A DNA stretch of 63,692 nt, the filler included, from Bigelowiella natans CCMP2755 (Eukaryota; Protista; Cercozoa), in NCBI GenBank assembly GCA_000320545.1. It is 8 parts of 8 records of this genome, joined end to end, with 100 filler letters (N's around TTAATTAATTAA, not from the genome) between each part and the next. Parts side by side here need not be neighbours in the genome. Positions count along the whole stretch, not along the records: positions 33,450 to 52,048 come from ADNK01002969.1; 7 more parts are not named here. One strand, 5' to 3'. Position numbers and translations under genes: made by a program. Below the pieces are notes generated by a model. The model did not search any database. It was not told the DNA's origin and worked only from the letters and a program-made list of their open reading frames with translations. This document shows, piece after piece, positions 37,074-49,623 of the stretch; position 1 is the stretch's first letter, and the number at the start of each line of letters is the position of its first letter.

Positions 37074-38953
37074 ATGACTTCCAACTCCGCCTTCGACCAA
37101 ATACGCAATACCTTGAGCCCTTACAACTTGGATCAAGAAGTGGGGATAGGGGCATTCAGCATTGTGTATGCGGACGAAAACAGGTCTATTAGTTCACAGT
37201 GGATGATTAGAAGAAGGGTATTCGGAGGAAATAGATATGCATCTGTATTCATAAACCTTCCTATATCACAGGGAAGTTGCAGTAAAAATTCAACGACATG
37301 AGCAGACAGCTAAAGACTCAGAAGGGAAGAAAGTCAAGATTGTCATCCCAGATGGGTATTGCCATTACTCATGTGCACGCAATTATATGCGTTCTAACAG
37401 ATCTTGAAGCTCTTTTCTCATCAGTATAAACCTATAAACTCCCCTCACAGACAGCTTAAACAAGATCGAGAATGTTTGTTCGCGCGCGAGGTGAAAGCTT
37501 TGCAACTGGTCAACGACACCAAAGGTTGTGCTGTACAGCACTAGTATAGGAGCCATTAATTGATAGTATTCGAGAGCGAATTCGCCTTCAAAAAACCTTT
37601 GTCAACCAACCAGGTTGGCTTCAACGAAATTATAGCACAGTTTTTAATTTGAGTGAGCTACTTCCTCGTCGTAGACGTCCTGGCGGTCCTTCTAACCGAA
37701 GGGGAGAGGGGTGTGCGAGTTTGTTGTTATTATCATTATCAAACACAGGTTTCGTCAAGTTCCGTGAGGCCTTCACTTATCGAACGAGCACAAACATCCC
37801 CGATCGTGGGGTCATTGTCCTTGAGCTTTGTCAGGAAAGCCTGTGGAACTTTATCAAATACAAAGTAAGAACAGGCGGCGTTTTGGGGTATTGGTTTGAA
37901 TGTATTTGCAACTACTCTCCTACTACTACTAATCCTGCTACCCATGCTGCAATGGCACAAAATTCGCAAACATCATCATCATTATCATCATCGGCATTTT
38001 CTCCAAAACCATACTTAGAGAGAGTGATAAATGAATTTCGTAAGAGCATGCTGGTAATCCGCTCGTGTCTGCATGAATGGGTGCTTTTGAGTGCCGATGT
38101 GCTATAAGTGATTCTGGAAGTCAATAATTGATTTTGAGATCCTCCTCCTCTTCCTTTTCGTGGTCTTCAGGCGCAGAAGAATCTAACACTGAAACAGGCG
38201 TGGATGTACCAAGTAATGATGATGAGTATGATGATCGTGGGCGTGGGGAGGATGATGGCGAGACATTTTCACTTTGGTGCTTGTACTCTCTCGTGATTAT
38301 CTGTATGCGGAAGCTGGTCGCATCGTCTTCTTCGTGCAAGAGCTAACACTGCTGCTGCCCGAAATTCTTGTTATTAATCCCAGTGTGTCAGAGCTGTGCA
38401 GCGGTTGTCAAAGAAGGGGGTCGTTCATTTGGATATCAAGCCTGGCAATATTCTGATAGGCCTTGATTCATTTGTCCGCATCTGCGATATGGGAGGGGCA
38501 TGGTAATAGCGATAACAACAATAACGACGTCCTTAACACGCTGCTCTATTGATGATGACGAAGATGATGACGAATGATAGCGAAGGTGGTGATGTCGGTC
38601 TGGATAACGATGATGATGGAACTGCAAGTGGCCATCACTCGAATATGATGATAATACACCACGCAGTTATTATAGCCTTAAACATTTCATATAACAAAAA
38701 GGATAGTGTGATCGGCCTCATCTACTCACTACTACTCAGGTACTTGAATTCAGAGAACAAAAGCGTTATATGCACTTCAGGCTATGCAGCCCCCGAACTC
38801 GAGAAAGTGCGTAAGGCTGCTAAAGACAGAAAACCACGGTATCACGATGCAAAGAAGAAAGAAGAAAAGTCTATATCGATGCTAATTCAAGCATTGGCTC
38901 CATATCATTCTTCTCGCTTCAATTACTATAAGATATTATACACACACACACAA

Positions 38954-39009
<56 letters not shown>

Positions 39010-39313
39010 CACACATCGTACTCTTGATCGTGGGGTGATATTTGGATATGTACTTACATATATCAGCGAACAAGAGCTTGCTGCAGCACGCATTGCACGC
39101 CTCGTTTCTTCAAAATGCGATGTATTCAGCCTTGGAGTGACCTTCTATCAATTCACCTTTTGGTAAGGAGCTTCCAACAACAACAACAAAACTAGTGGTA
39201 GTAGTGTAGGTAGTCACAGCAGTAGTGGCCATTCATTATTTGCATATTGCAGATGGGATAGAGAGAAGCCTTCGTCAATATATGATGCGTTTGTCTGTAT
39301 ATTTCTCTCGCCT

Positions 39314-39389
<76 letters not shown>

Positions 39390-39589
39390 ATATAAAGGGC
39401 CGACCCATGGTGCATGAAGAAGTTATATGAAACCTATCAACGCGTAGCAGCGACCGAAGAGGATTCATTGTATTTTCGCTAAATTAACCATAGTTTATAG
39501 TAGTTGTTGTAGAAATAGTAGTGGTAGTAGTAGTAGTAGTAGTAGTAATAGTAGCGGAGGGGAAAGATACTCTTTGCAGTAATATTATA

Positions 39590-39653
<64 letters not shown>

Positions 39654-39695
39654 ACAAAATTGTTCTACAAGGAGCTTAAAGAGAGAGAGAGAGAG

Positions 39696-39736
<41 letters not shown>

Positions 39737-40035
39737 AGAGAAATAGAACAAAACAAGGAATAAGCAATAGCCTCCCGTTCGGTGCATCGTGAACTTGCGC
39801 AACGGCTGGGATAGGAAATAGGCTGTGGTTTGATCCATCGTAAACTTGCTCACAGGATGAATAGGAAGAAATACTGGAATGGGAAGCTCGACGTCTACAG
39901 ATGTCCTTCGTGGAAAACATATCTCGAGAGGTGTACAAGAATTACCAATAGTGTACGTTGTGCATGCGGTTGCATCGTTTCCCCAGTACCTTCACCCGCG
40001 CAGCGTTCGCTGTGGTAAAGTTATTATTATCATTG

Positions 40036-40074
<39 letters not shown>

Positions 40075-40293
40075 TAGTTACCAATACAACAAGCAGACGC
40101 CCCAGTTCCACTAACATAGGTTCATGTTGGGGAGGAGAAAGCTGAAGGAGGGAGGGGAAGAGGAGATGAAGGAGTATCTTGATAAAACTAGACAGCACAC
40201 GTTCCCCATTCTCCTCGTCGGCAGATACAAGAAAGACCCCTATGGGTAGGGAGGAAGAAGCACCTCACGTATTAGTAGACCCACTTTATATTA

Positions 40294-40332
<39 letters not shown>

Positions 40333-40544
40333 GTTTTAATATATATTATAAATTATGTATATCCTGCATTTTGTAATAGGTCGGTCTGTTATGAGAAGAA
40401 AGACGCCACAGACTTCATGGAGATTCATTGTAAAAGATTTCAGGTCCTGCTTGCGCTACTTCCCTCCATGACTCCTTAGACGTCTACAAAGCGAGACGAA
40501 TACGCAGAATTAGCACATGAAATGCTCAATATAGATATTATATG

Positions 40545-40576
<32 letters not shown>

Positions 40577-40633
40577 TATATTTATAGCAGCAATTCTTTT
40601 AGACAGCGATTTGATCTCTGGGCATGTGTATAT

Positions 40634-40673
<40 letters not shown>

Positions 40674-40930
40674 GAATAATCCTGAGGAATCGATAGGTGA
40701 GCGAGTACACGGCCTACGAAATGCAAGTGGTAAAGCTGCTCGACGGCATGCTACATCCAGATCCAAAGCAGCGCTTTTCGCTCGAGTAGTAGCCGTTGTT
40801 GTTGTAGTTTGGACTAGGAGTGAGCAGTGTAGTGGGTGTTGTAGTAGTGGTAGCAGCTCTTTGTTGTATTAGTAATGGCAATAGGGCTGGTAGCAGTTGT
40901 AAGAGAAAGAAGAGATGGTCAAGTGTGTTA

Positions 40931-40961
<31 letters not shown>

Positions 40962-41501
40962 CGTATATCTTGGATGTAGTGCTTTACAACGGCTGTGCCG
41001 AGAAGAAGCGTTGGCTGGTGACACACGCAGTTTAAGCAGGAGGAGGAGTCTAATAAAAATCGCATTGCCCTTGACGACTCCCTCCTTCTTCTTCTTCTTT
41101 CTTCCTCTTCTTCTTCGTTTGTTTCTATCGATTGTGACTAATGAGCCGCCATTGAACAGACGAGTGCTCTCTTTCCCTTTCTTCTGGGATTTCGAGAACG
41201 AAGACGCCTTGTTCTCTACCATCCGCAAGCGTAGCGGCAGCAGCATCAGCGATGAGGATGAGAAAGATATTTTGGAATATCGCGGAAACACGAGCGAGCC
41301 TGATTGGAAGATAGCCGCAAGGTTCATCAACAAGAAAAGAGACAACGCTCATCGCATACCGGAGGCAAGGATCCTTGATTATTTTGTGGTGAGTAGTTTG
41401 TGGTGTACGACTTCTGGGAAAGAGAGGGAAGGAGTCACCAATCAGCAGCATACCCCCTCCCCCCCTTTCTAAATCGCCATTGGCTCTCTCTTCATTCTGA
41501 C

Positions 41502-41534
<33 letters not shown>

Positions 41535-41749
41535 CTCTCTCAGGAGGAAGTCATCATTATCGAAGAAAAGAAGACCAACGAAAGCACCAAGGAAAAACTC
41601 AAGGACGTGTGCAGACAAGGGGGCGACTACAGGGCTGTACGGAATACCGACGATGAAGAGGATGATAAGGTTCCATACTTTGACTATGATGAAGAGGTCA
41701 GTATATGTGTGTACAAAGATTTCAATAAACATATTATATATACTATTCA

Positions 41750-41781
<32 letters not shown>

Positions 41782-42185
41782 GTATAGAGCCGGTGCTGTA
41801 GCATAATCCAGATACAGATATTGAGGAGTAAAAACTCGCCTTAGCTACGAGGCGATGCACGCACATCTGAATAGAACACGTGAACACATATTGAAATGCT
41901 ACCGACAGCTATTTGTTCTATAAACCTATTTCCTCCTCCTCTTCCAGCTTCGGGCCGTGCGAAGCGCACAAGTTGAAGTGGAGGAGTATGACAGGACAAA
42001 GGCCGTTTTGAAGTGCTTCACCACGTTTGAGTATGGGGACGATCCCATCCAAACGATTGCGTTGCTGCTCAAGCTAATGACTCTATTCGAGGCCGCAGTT
42101 GATACATCGGATATAAAGCGTGGAAAGGTAAAAGAGAGGACGATGACAGTCTGCACCACTGCTTCAATGTCGATATATGATGTTT

Positions 42186-42220
<35 letters not shown>

Positions 42221-42933
42221 TTATATATGTGGAGATATAATGTTAAGCAAGCATTGCCTAACATTTACCAAGCATGTGTTTCCCCAACTCTTGCCCCCCC
42301 CCCCCCCCCCCCCTTATCTCCCCATCTCCTGTTTCTTCATTTTATGTAAATGTATATATAATGGTCGCCATAGCTGCGAAGAACCGATGTTCATTGCTCC
42401 AAAGTCCACTACCACAACTATAAGTGAACAAACAACATCTTTCGCAACGTGGATGATGCAATCGCCACCATCCCCTGATTCAAACTACCCTTGGCTCCTG
42501 CGATTCTTGCTGCATGTAATAGATCTTGGTGAAATGGCCTTCACTGGACGAAAAAGACGACGGTCAAGACAGCAAGAAGAGTGCCGAGAAGAACGCTAAC
42601 AACGGAGTAGGGGGGGGGCTTCAAACAACAAATGCGCCCCAAAAGGATGCTATGGAGGTGGAAGAGAAGGACACCAGCAAAGACAACAACGGTGAGAAGA
42701 TGGAAATCGTCGATGAGGAGGAGGAAAAGAAGAGGAAGAAGAAGGAGGCTAGAAGGAGACGCCTCGAAAACTCTCCTGTGGTCAAAGCCTCGATAGAGGT
42801 ATTCAAGCACCCAACTGAGGTGTGCGAAAGCGTTGTGGAGGTACGTGATTTGAGCGACAACCTTGACCCCTCCCAATTCTCCAAGCTACTATTCGATCGC
42901 ATCCTGCAGCATATCAATGAATTCAATAGCTAG
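37074..42933 (+). CDS. Ser/Thr protein kinase with long C-terminal extension, multi-exon
   Basis: YNLDQEVGIGAFSIVY, KVAVK, FAREVKAL, IVLELCQESL, VVHLDIKPGNILI, RICDMGGA, CTSGYAAPE, KCDVFSLGVTFY. Downstream exons run to ..LLFDRILQHINEFNS*; their linkage to the kinase is inferred. Confidence 0.85.
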
Positions 42934-42946
42934 TAGTAGTATTGGT

Positions 42947-42978
<32 letters not shown>

Positions 42979-43199
42979 AAGAAGAAGAAGAAGAAGAAGA
43001 AGCCACTCATAGTTTGCATAGGAAAGATGTGCCTATCGTGTTGTGGTTGTAGCCATAGGAGATGGTCATCGCAGTGTCTTTAGAATCAAAATACTCGCAA
43101 ATACTTAATATCGTACAGTTTTCCTTGGGAGCTCCATATGTGACATATCATGACTCGCCGACAGTTGAAATTACAACATGTAAACATTGAATCGTTCGT

Positions 43200-44400
43200 G
43201 GCGTAAGCAGCGTGCTAGCGTGGGAAGCGTGTGTATCTAGATCTAGGAATGATGTGTGCACGCGCATGTTCATTTATAGATGGAATGTAGCCTTGAAAGC
43301 CTCCCAACCTAGCAAGCGTCAATCATCATTGTGATCTGCTAGTATGGTCACATTGCTACTGTCACAAATGGCATGGAAGAAAACCACATCCTGACACACA
43401 CGACTGGATGGGAATTTTTAGAGTTGCACCATCGAGTTATGCTAGCATACATGTCAACCAATTGCAAGAAACGAAATTCTGGTCCATGGTCTTTGCCGGC
43501 GCAGCCGCATTGCCATGCTAACACAGCACGCAAAGAACGCTAGCTAGTACGCTAGTACGTCCGCATTTCAGATGTGCATCGAATGTGGGACCAGCAACGT
43601 GTGCTCGATTTTTGCTGCTTTGTGCAAGTGTGCCCGCGTGCATGCCTAGATGCTTGCACCAGCTCCAATCTAGCAATGTTAAAAATACAGCATGTCGCAT
43701 CACGAAGATCTCTAGATCTAACTAAAAGTTTATTCTTGGCGGCTGGCTAGCTGGCACGCATGTGCAGCTAGACAGCAACTAGCTCGTCTTTATCTAGCTC
43801 TGTCGCTCGCTAGCGTGTGCTACGTGCACTAGTGCGACACAGGACAGTTGTATCTAGGCATCGCTGCTAGTTGGCATGCACTAGTGCATGCTAGCTAGCG
43901 TGTGGTGCCGAATGCAGCAAAATGATAAATGACCCGAACTCGAAGGTTCTTTTTGCAATAATTGCATGTGCAGCATGCATGTTAGCTAGCCAGCTAGTTT
44001 GCATGCGCATTTAAGAATGGCTCACTCCCGCTAGCCCGTGCCCTCTTTGCACGTTTTCATGCAATGACATCACATGACGAGCGTCTGCAGCAAATGATGC
44101 ACACCGCTCAGCGTAGGACTGACTGTTTAGCTGTGGCGTTAGATGTTGGCACGTTCACGCACATTTAGACATGCAGGCATTCGGCCCTGGAATGCGCATT
44201 GCGCGCAGAAGCGACATCAGGGTATTTATTGGAGCTTTATAGTGCTTTCACTCTTTTTGCGGAGCGTTTCTTATACATCCATCGATCGAGTCGCTCGCAC
44301 GTACATGCAGCACAGCAGCAATGTATTAGTGCACAGCGCCATCATGTAGCAGCCATGAAACTAGTATGCGAAACTTCATTGTGATCATGGAAGCTGAGTA
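43200..44400. other. Palindrome-rich (CTAG/CATG/TGCA) block between convergent genes
   Basis: gctagctagtacgctagtac, tctagatcta, catgcactagtgcatgctagctagc. Confidence 0.7.
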
Positions 44401-44549
44401 GGCTCTTCGAACAAACTACTGCTCGTTAATTGCTCGTCACACAGCTTTTCCTATTTATGCAATATAACGCAAAGAAAGCAAGGAATTCAGTTAACAGAAG
44501 ACGAGGACGACGAGGGTGCATGCATCTATCTATTGCTAGCAGCATGAAG

Positions 44550-45137
44550 TTTCAAATATTCAAGATCACTATGATCTTCGATGATACTTCAAACCTTGCG
44601 ACAGAACGGAACCCATCTATAATTATGGAAATGAAACACACAAATACATATTACCGTGTCGTTTCCATATCTCCCGACTTCTCTCTTGACCCTAAGGTGT
44701 ATCATACAACGTTATGTATCTTGCACGCTCTCGTCTTCGATATACACGTCACAGGTTTCGGCTACTTTTGTTTGACTTCCCAATCGAGTAGCTCTGTTAG
44801 CCATTGCCTCCTGAATAGTAACACACATATGTGTGTATGTTTCTATACAATAACCACACTACGAATCCTAGTACTTATCGCCCTGCGAGACGAAGTCAAC
44901 TCCAAACTCCTTGGTCACAACCGATCTCACGCTCGATTCCTAATTTGATAATATACTTAGGAGCGCATCGACTATATTATATATATATATATATATATAT
45001 AAGGTGTTTTCTAACATAATAGCGTTGCAAATGATGGAGATTTCTTCGTTGACCTTTAGTCCGTAGTGCGGATTCTGTAATTCATCCCCCCCCGCACATT
45101 TCCTATGCATATAAAGCGTCCCCCCCCCCCCCCCCAC

Positions 45138-45172
<35 letters not shown>

Positions 45173-45617
45173 AACACCCACATAGATAAGAATATCAATC
45201 GATTCTTAATAAACATAACAACACGAGAAAGCCCCCCCCCCCCCCCTCCCCCTCCCTTCTTTCTTTTTACATACGGCGTATTTGCATGCGAAAATCTCGG
45301 TCCAAGCCGGGGTGTGTGAAGTCGCCGTTGTCGCTCGCAAAGGAATCTACACTGCGGCTCCTCTAATGTAGAAAAACGATGATGAGGCGCAGTCTAGGCT
45401 AATATACAATAGCAAATGCCCTTCTGCTGTCTGCTATTCTTCTCATCATTACATTGATTAAACACTTCCATGGTTTTCTTTGTCAGGGGGGGGAAATAAT
45501 AGCGTTATTACCGAATTGCGTTCCGGGCGTTCCCAGAGAGGAATGCTGTGTAAGTTCTAAAGGGAGGAAAAGGAACGATAGTGCGAGCTTTAAGGATTTG
45601 GAATAACCGTATTTAGA

Positions 45618-45655
<38 letters not shown>

Positions 45656-46050
45656 ACATACACGTAGACCCCTTGTTTTATTCCGGTAGCATCGTGTAAA
45701 TGCATGCAAAGCAACAACACAGTAAGGCAGTCCCTCATTCGATTTCAGTATTTGAGCGCTTTTGCATGATGGGTAGGTATGAACGCATTAAGACAATGTC
45801 ACCAGGGCCGCGGCGGAATGAATAGATCAGCAGAAGCTGTCTTCTAGACGCTATGGTCCTCTACACGTCCACCTACCCACCCATTTTATTTACTTATTTA
45901 TTTAGGTTGTTCTCTCACCCCGGAAGGAGTCGAGGCATCACAATCTGTCTCTGCGCTACCCTAAGAAGAAAATGGGGGGCGGGGGGGAAGAGGAGGAAGG
46001 GAGTGATGGCAGAGCAGAGTCCTGTCAGTTCTACAAATGCATCTTCGATG

Positions 46051-46091
<41 letters not shown>

Positions 46092-47034
46092 TATATTTGT
46101 TTACCGAAAGCGTCATGCTAGGGGCAAGGATCATAGGTCGTTGAAATCGGCTGCTGCCATGGCTGCTAGAATTAACGCCATTATCATTATCTTTAATATT
46201 CAGATTATTCGATTTGCTGGTATTCGTCGTTGCTGCTTTCATACTCTCCTGGACGCGTATCTTCTTTGATTCCAACGCGCCTTCGATTCCTCTAGCATCG
46301 TCATCACTGCAGTGTTATAGGAATAAATCACACGTGTTTCGTTTTCAGGGAGGGTTTCTGACTAATAAATGAGTATCACTTGAGGTCGTAGATGATAAAA
46401 CTAGATTGCAAAGCGAGAGGCGTCGGTAGCAAGAGAAAGATACTCGAAACTGTGATTTCTCCTTACATGCATCGTGATCGGTGCATTTCGTTCGCACTTG
46501 CCATGACAACATAATTTTCACAAAAAATGGACTTTTTCCATCCGTATCGTTATTATAACTGGCTCTGCTGCAAATAGCAAGAGCGCCATTACTATTACTC
46601 TATTAGGTAGTAGTCAATCAACCTGCTGTGGAGCGAGGGAGTGCTCAAATCAAAGTCAGTGTCCAACGAGAGCTGCCGCTTCTTTGGTTTCTACGCAATA
46701 ATATCATCGAATACGATATCAAAATTCACTGTTAGGCATAGCTTAGCCATGCTTTTCAGTGACCTTCTTGCTGAAACTGTCGTGTCGCTCTACCGCCGTA
46801 CCTCCTCGAAGCTTCCTTAGCTTCAAAAACCTGCATTATCTTGCTATTTTACGTATGCATTTTCCTGAATAATAAGATGGCATCAAACATATCTCACTTG
46901 TGAAGCTGCCGTGTTCTTGGGCTGAGGGCCAGATTTGAATTGACGGCCTCATGTTTATTTGGCCGCTGCGATGAGAGAATCAACACATAAGGTGCCGCGA
47001 TACCAATGCTTAAAAGCAGAAGAACAGCCTTCAT
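44550..47034 (-). CDS. Hypothetical protein with signal peptide and LRKLRGG leader motif, multi-exon
   Basis: MKAVLLLLSIGIAAPYVLILSS..NSNLALSPRTRQLHK|FLKLRKLRGGTAVE..SKK|KPKKRQLSLDTD.. with in-phase GT-AG junctions for the first exons; the 3' end is approximate. Confidence 0.5.
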
Positions 47035-47528
47035 TTCGAGATACTTCAGCGCTTGGATCAAGCAAAATTCGTCGCTCCGAATTATGCTCCTGCTGATATT
47101 CGTCTTAAGTATGATTCATGGAAGCAGGCTCCTCACGGCCATTGCAGTCCCGAACTTGGAACTCGCAAGCTACAGAGAGTTGGGGTGGGAGAGACGAGTC
47201 GTCAAAGCCATCAAGACGAACCAGAGCACGATTTGGAAGAGCGACAACAAAATCTATTATCAAAAAAATAGAGGCTAATTCATACAAAAGACAACTCATG
47301 TAAGAGCTGAATCAAATCGAAATGCAGGGCGACACTGAACCCATTCGAATTTCGATTTTCACACTTGCCCTCGCTAACTTCAGTAAGAAATCAGTACTTC
47401 GGATGTCGCAGCTAATAATTTGGTTGGGAAAAGGGTTATCTCGGGAATATAAATTTAATTTATCGGGACTGCAGCCTAATCTCCGTGTCTCCGCAGTCAC
47501 CTTCCTAAACTCTGTTGGCAGCGAAACC

Positions 47529-48388
47529 ATGGTGTGTGGATGAGAGGCGGCATTGTGACCGGGAGGGGGGGGGGAATATTGGATACTACTCTACCAATAA
47601 GTAAGCATCATCTTTACTAATGCAATTCTATATCAGGTGTTCTTCCCAAAGAAGCTGAAGACATACTGCAAGCACAGAACCTGCAGGTCTCACAAAGAGT
47701 TTACGGTTACCCAATACAAGGCAGGAAAGGCCTCTCTCTTCGCACAGGGTGCGTCAATTTTTTAATATACGCAATTTGATAATTCCCTGCCATCCTTTGT
47801 CGTCAACGGTGAAGCAAAACCTCGTTTTGCTCAAGTTTATGCCATATCTATCCGTGGAAAAACATTTGCATGTATGATCACGAACGAACAGCCTCTCACT
47901 GACCTAATTCGTTTTAGGAAAAAGGAGGTACGATAGGAAGCAGTCTGGATTTGGAGGACAGACAAAGCCTGTATTCAAGAAAAAGGTTAAGACCACGAAG
48001 AAGATTACTCTGCGTCTTAAGTGCAAGGAATGCCTCTTGATTCAGCACAGGTGCACACGATTCATGAAAAGATGATATTAAATTGTGTCAGCCATCATTT
48101 CTGAATTAGTTTACATTACTTAAGTAAGAAGTTAGCCATGTTCTGCGCCACAACGATACAATTTCGCTGTGACCCTTTACTAGATCTCTTGTCATTTTCA
48201 ACTTTCCATGTTTGAGTATCATTTCGGGTAGATATTGGTTAAGATGAAAATGGGAATGCATTATTAATTGGGGAGACGTACAATGTATTATAACAAACAG
48301 TTGTCCCCAATTTCTTAATATCATATCTAATATACGTAGGTGCATCGGTCGTTCGAAGCACTTCGAGCTTGGTAAGAAGAAGATCTAA
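47529..48388 (+). CDS. RPL36A: 60S ribosomal protein eL42 (L36a/L44); exons 47529-47531, 47637-47748, 47918-48050, 48340-48388
   Basis: M|[38 protein letters not shown]|[44 protein letters not shown]|[15 protein letters not shown]. Confidence 0.98.
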
Positions 48389-48499
48389 ATGCTGGACAAT
48401 CAACGGCTGTTTACTATGCCTTTCATTTTGGCGATAAATATTATTATTGTTGCATCTTTGCATGTATAAGATAAAAGTAATGCAGGAGCAGAGATAAAC

Positions 48500-49470
48500 A
48501 CAATCGAGGAAAGCATTATGATTGCATGCATGTGATGCCAGTACATTTTATGCGCATATATATGGTATAGCGTCTTTCATTCATTGAAATATTATGAAAA
48601 TTGTACGTGGAGAAAGTAAGTATAATGCTGTCTTTGGATAGTGGATAGGGATTAATTGTACCACATACATTTGTCTACTGCTAGACTCTTGAACACACAC
48701 ACAACACATTTTATATCCGTATACAAACATCTTCATATACACATTACACGACAAAAACAAATGAAAGCACGTGCACTGGTGTACGCTAGCTAGCTAGTAC
48801 CCGTTGACGCACATGACTAGATGCGCGCAATGCTAGAACGCACGGAACATCTAACACTAGAGCATATCTAGACACTATGAGCAGACATTAATTCTAGTGT
48901 GTTATGCACATGCATACATCGTATTATACATATCATGTATGCTGTGTCTACAGTGTATTGTTGATGCCCGATAGCCATTTATCATGTGCACTGTGTCAGC
49001 TAATTTGACAAACTCTAGAAACTAGCCTAGATTACAAGCCCCTAGCTAGCTAGCCTACGTATACGCGCAAAAATGCCGCACTAGCTGTCTAGCTGCGGCA
49101 CGATGCGACAAGTCGTGTGATGCTTTCGTCCGCGCTAGTGTATGCCATGGTACGTAACACGCTGATGGCACGCTACGCTAGCACGTGGTTTAGTGCTGTG
49201 TGGATGTGCTCCAGTGCTGTGTGTGGCAGCAGTGCGTGCAGCAATCTAACAAGTTAGCTGGCTGCTCATTGCACTTAGCAAGCAATGCTATGCAGTGCGG
49301 TGCGACGTGGCTAGTGAGCAGCGCCAGCCAAGGAAAGGGAGGATGGTGTGTGTCTTTGTCATGCATGGCGATGGTGGTAGATCTAGTCGCTCTTTGTGAA
49401 AGCACACAATGCATGTGCGCAGCACGTGCGTGCGATGCTGTTCGCCTGCACTAGCTAGCCACACTGGCTG
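48500..49470. other. Palindrome-rich (CTAG/CATG/TGCA) block downstream of eL42
   Basis: gctagctagctagtac, tctagaaactagcctag, cctagctagctagcc. Confidence 0.7.
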
Positions 49471-49623
49471 CAACTCAATCGTCGTTTGATTCTAACCTCA
49501 CAAATTTTAAAAATGTGGTACATATTCAGTTGTCGTACGGACAAAATCCCGCCATATTTGCTCTTTTTCCTAACTTTTTCGCTCCAGGAGAACTACTACT
49601 TCAACCGAGGTGATGGGAGAAGA

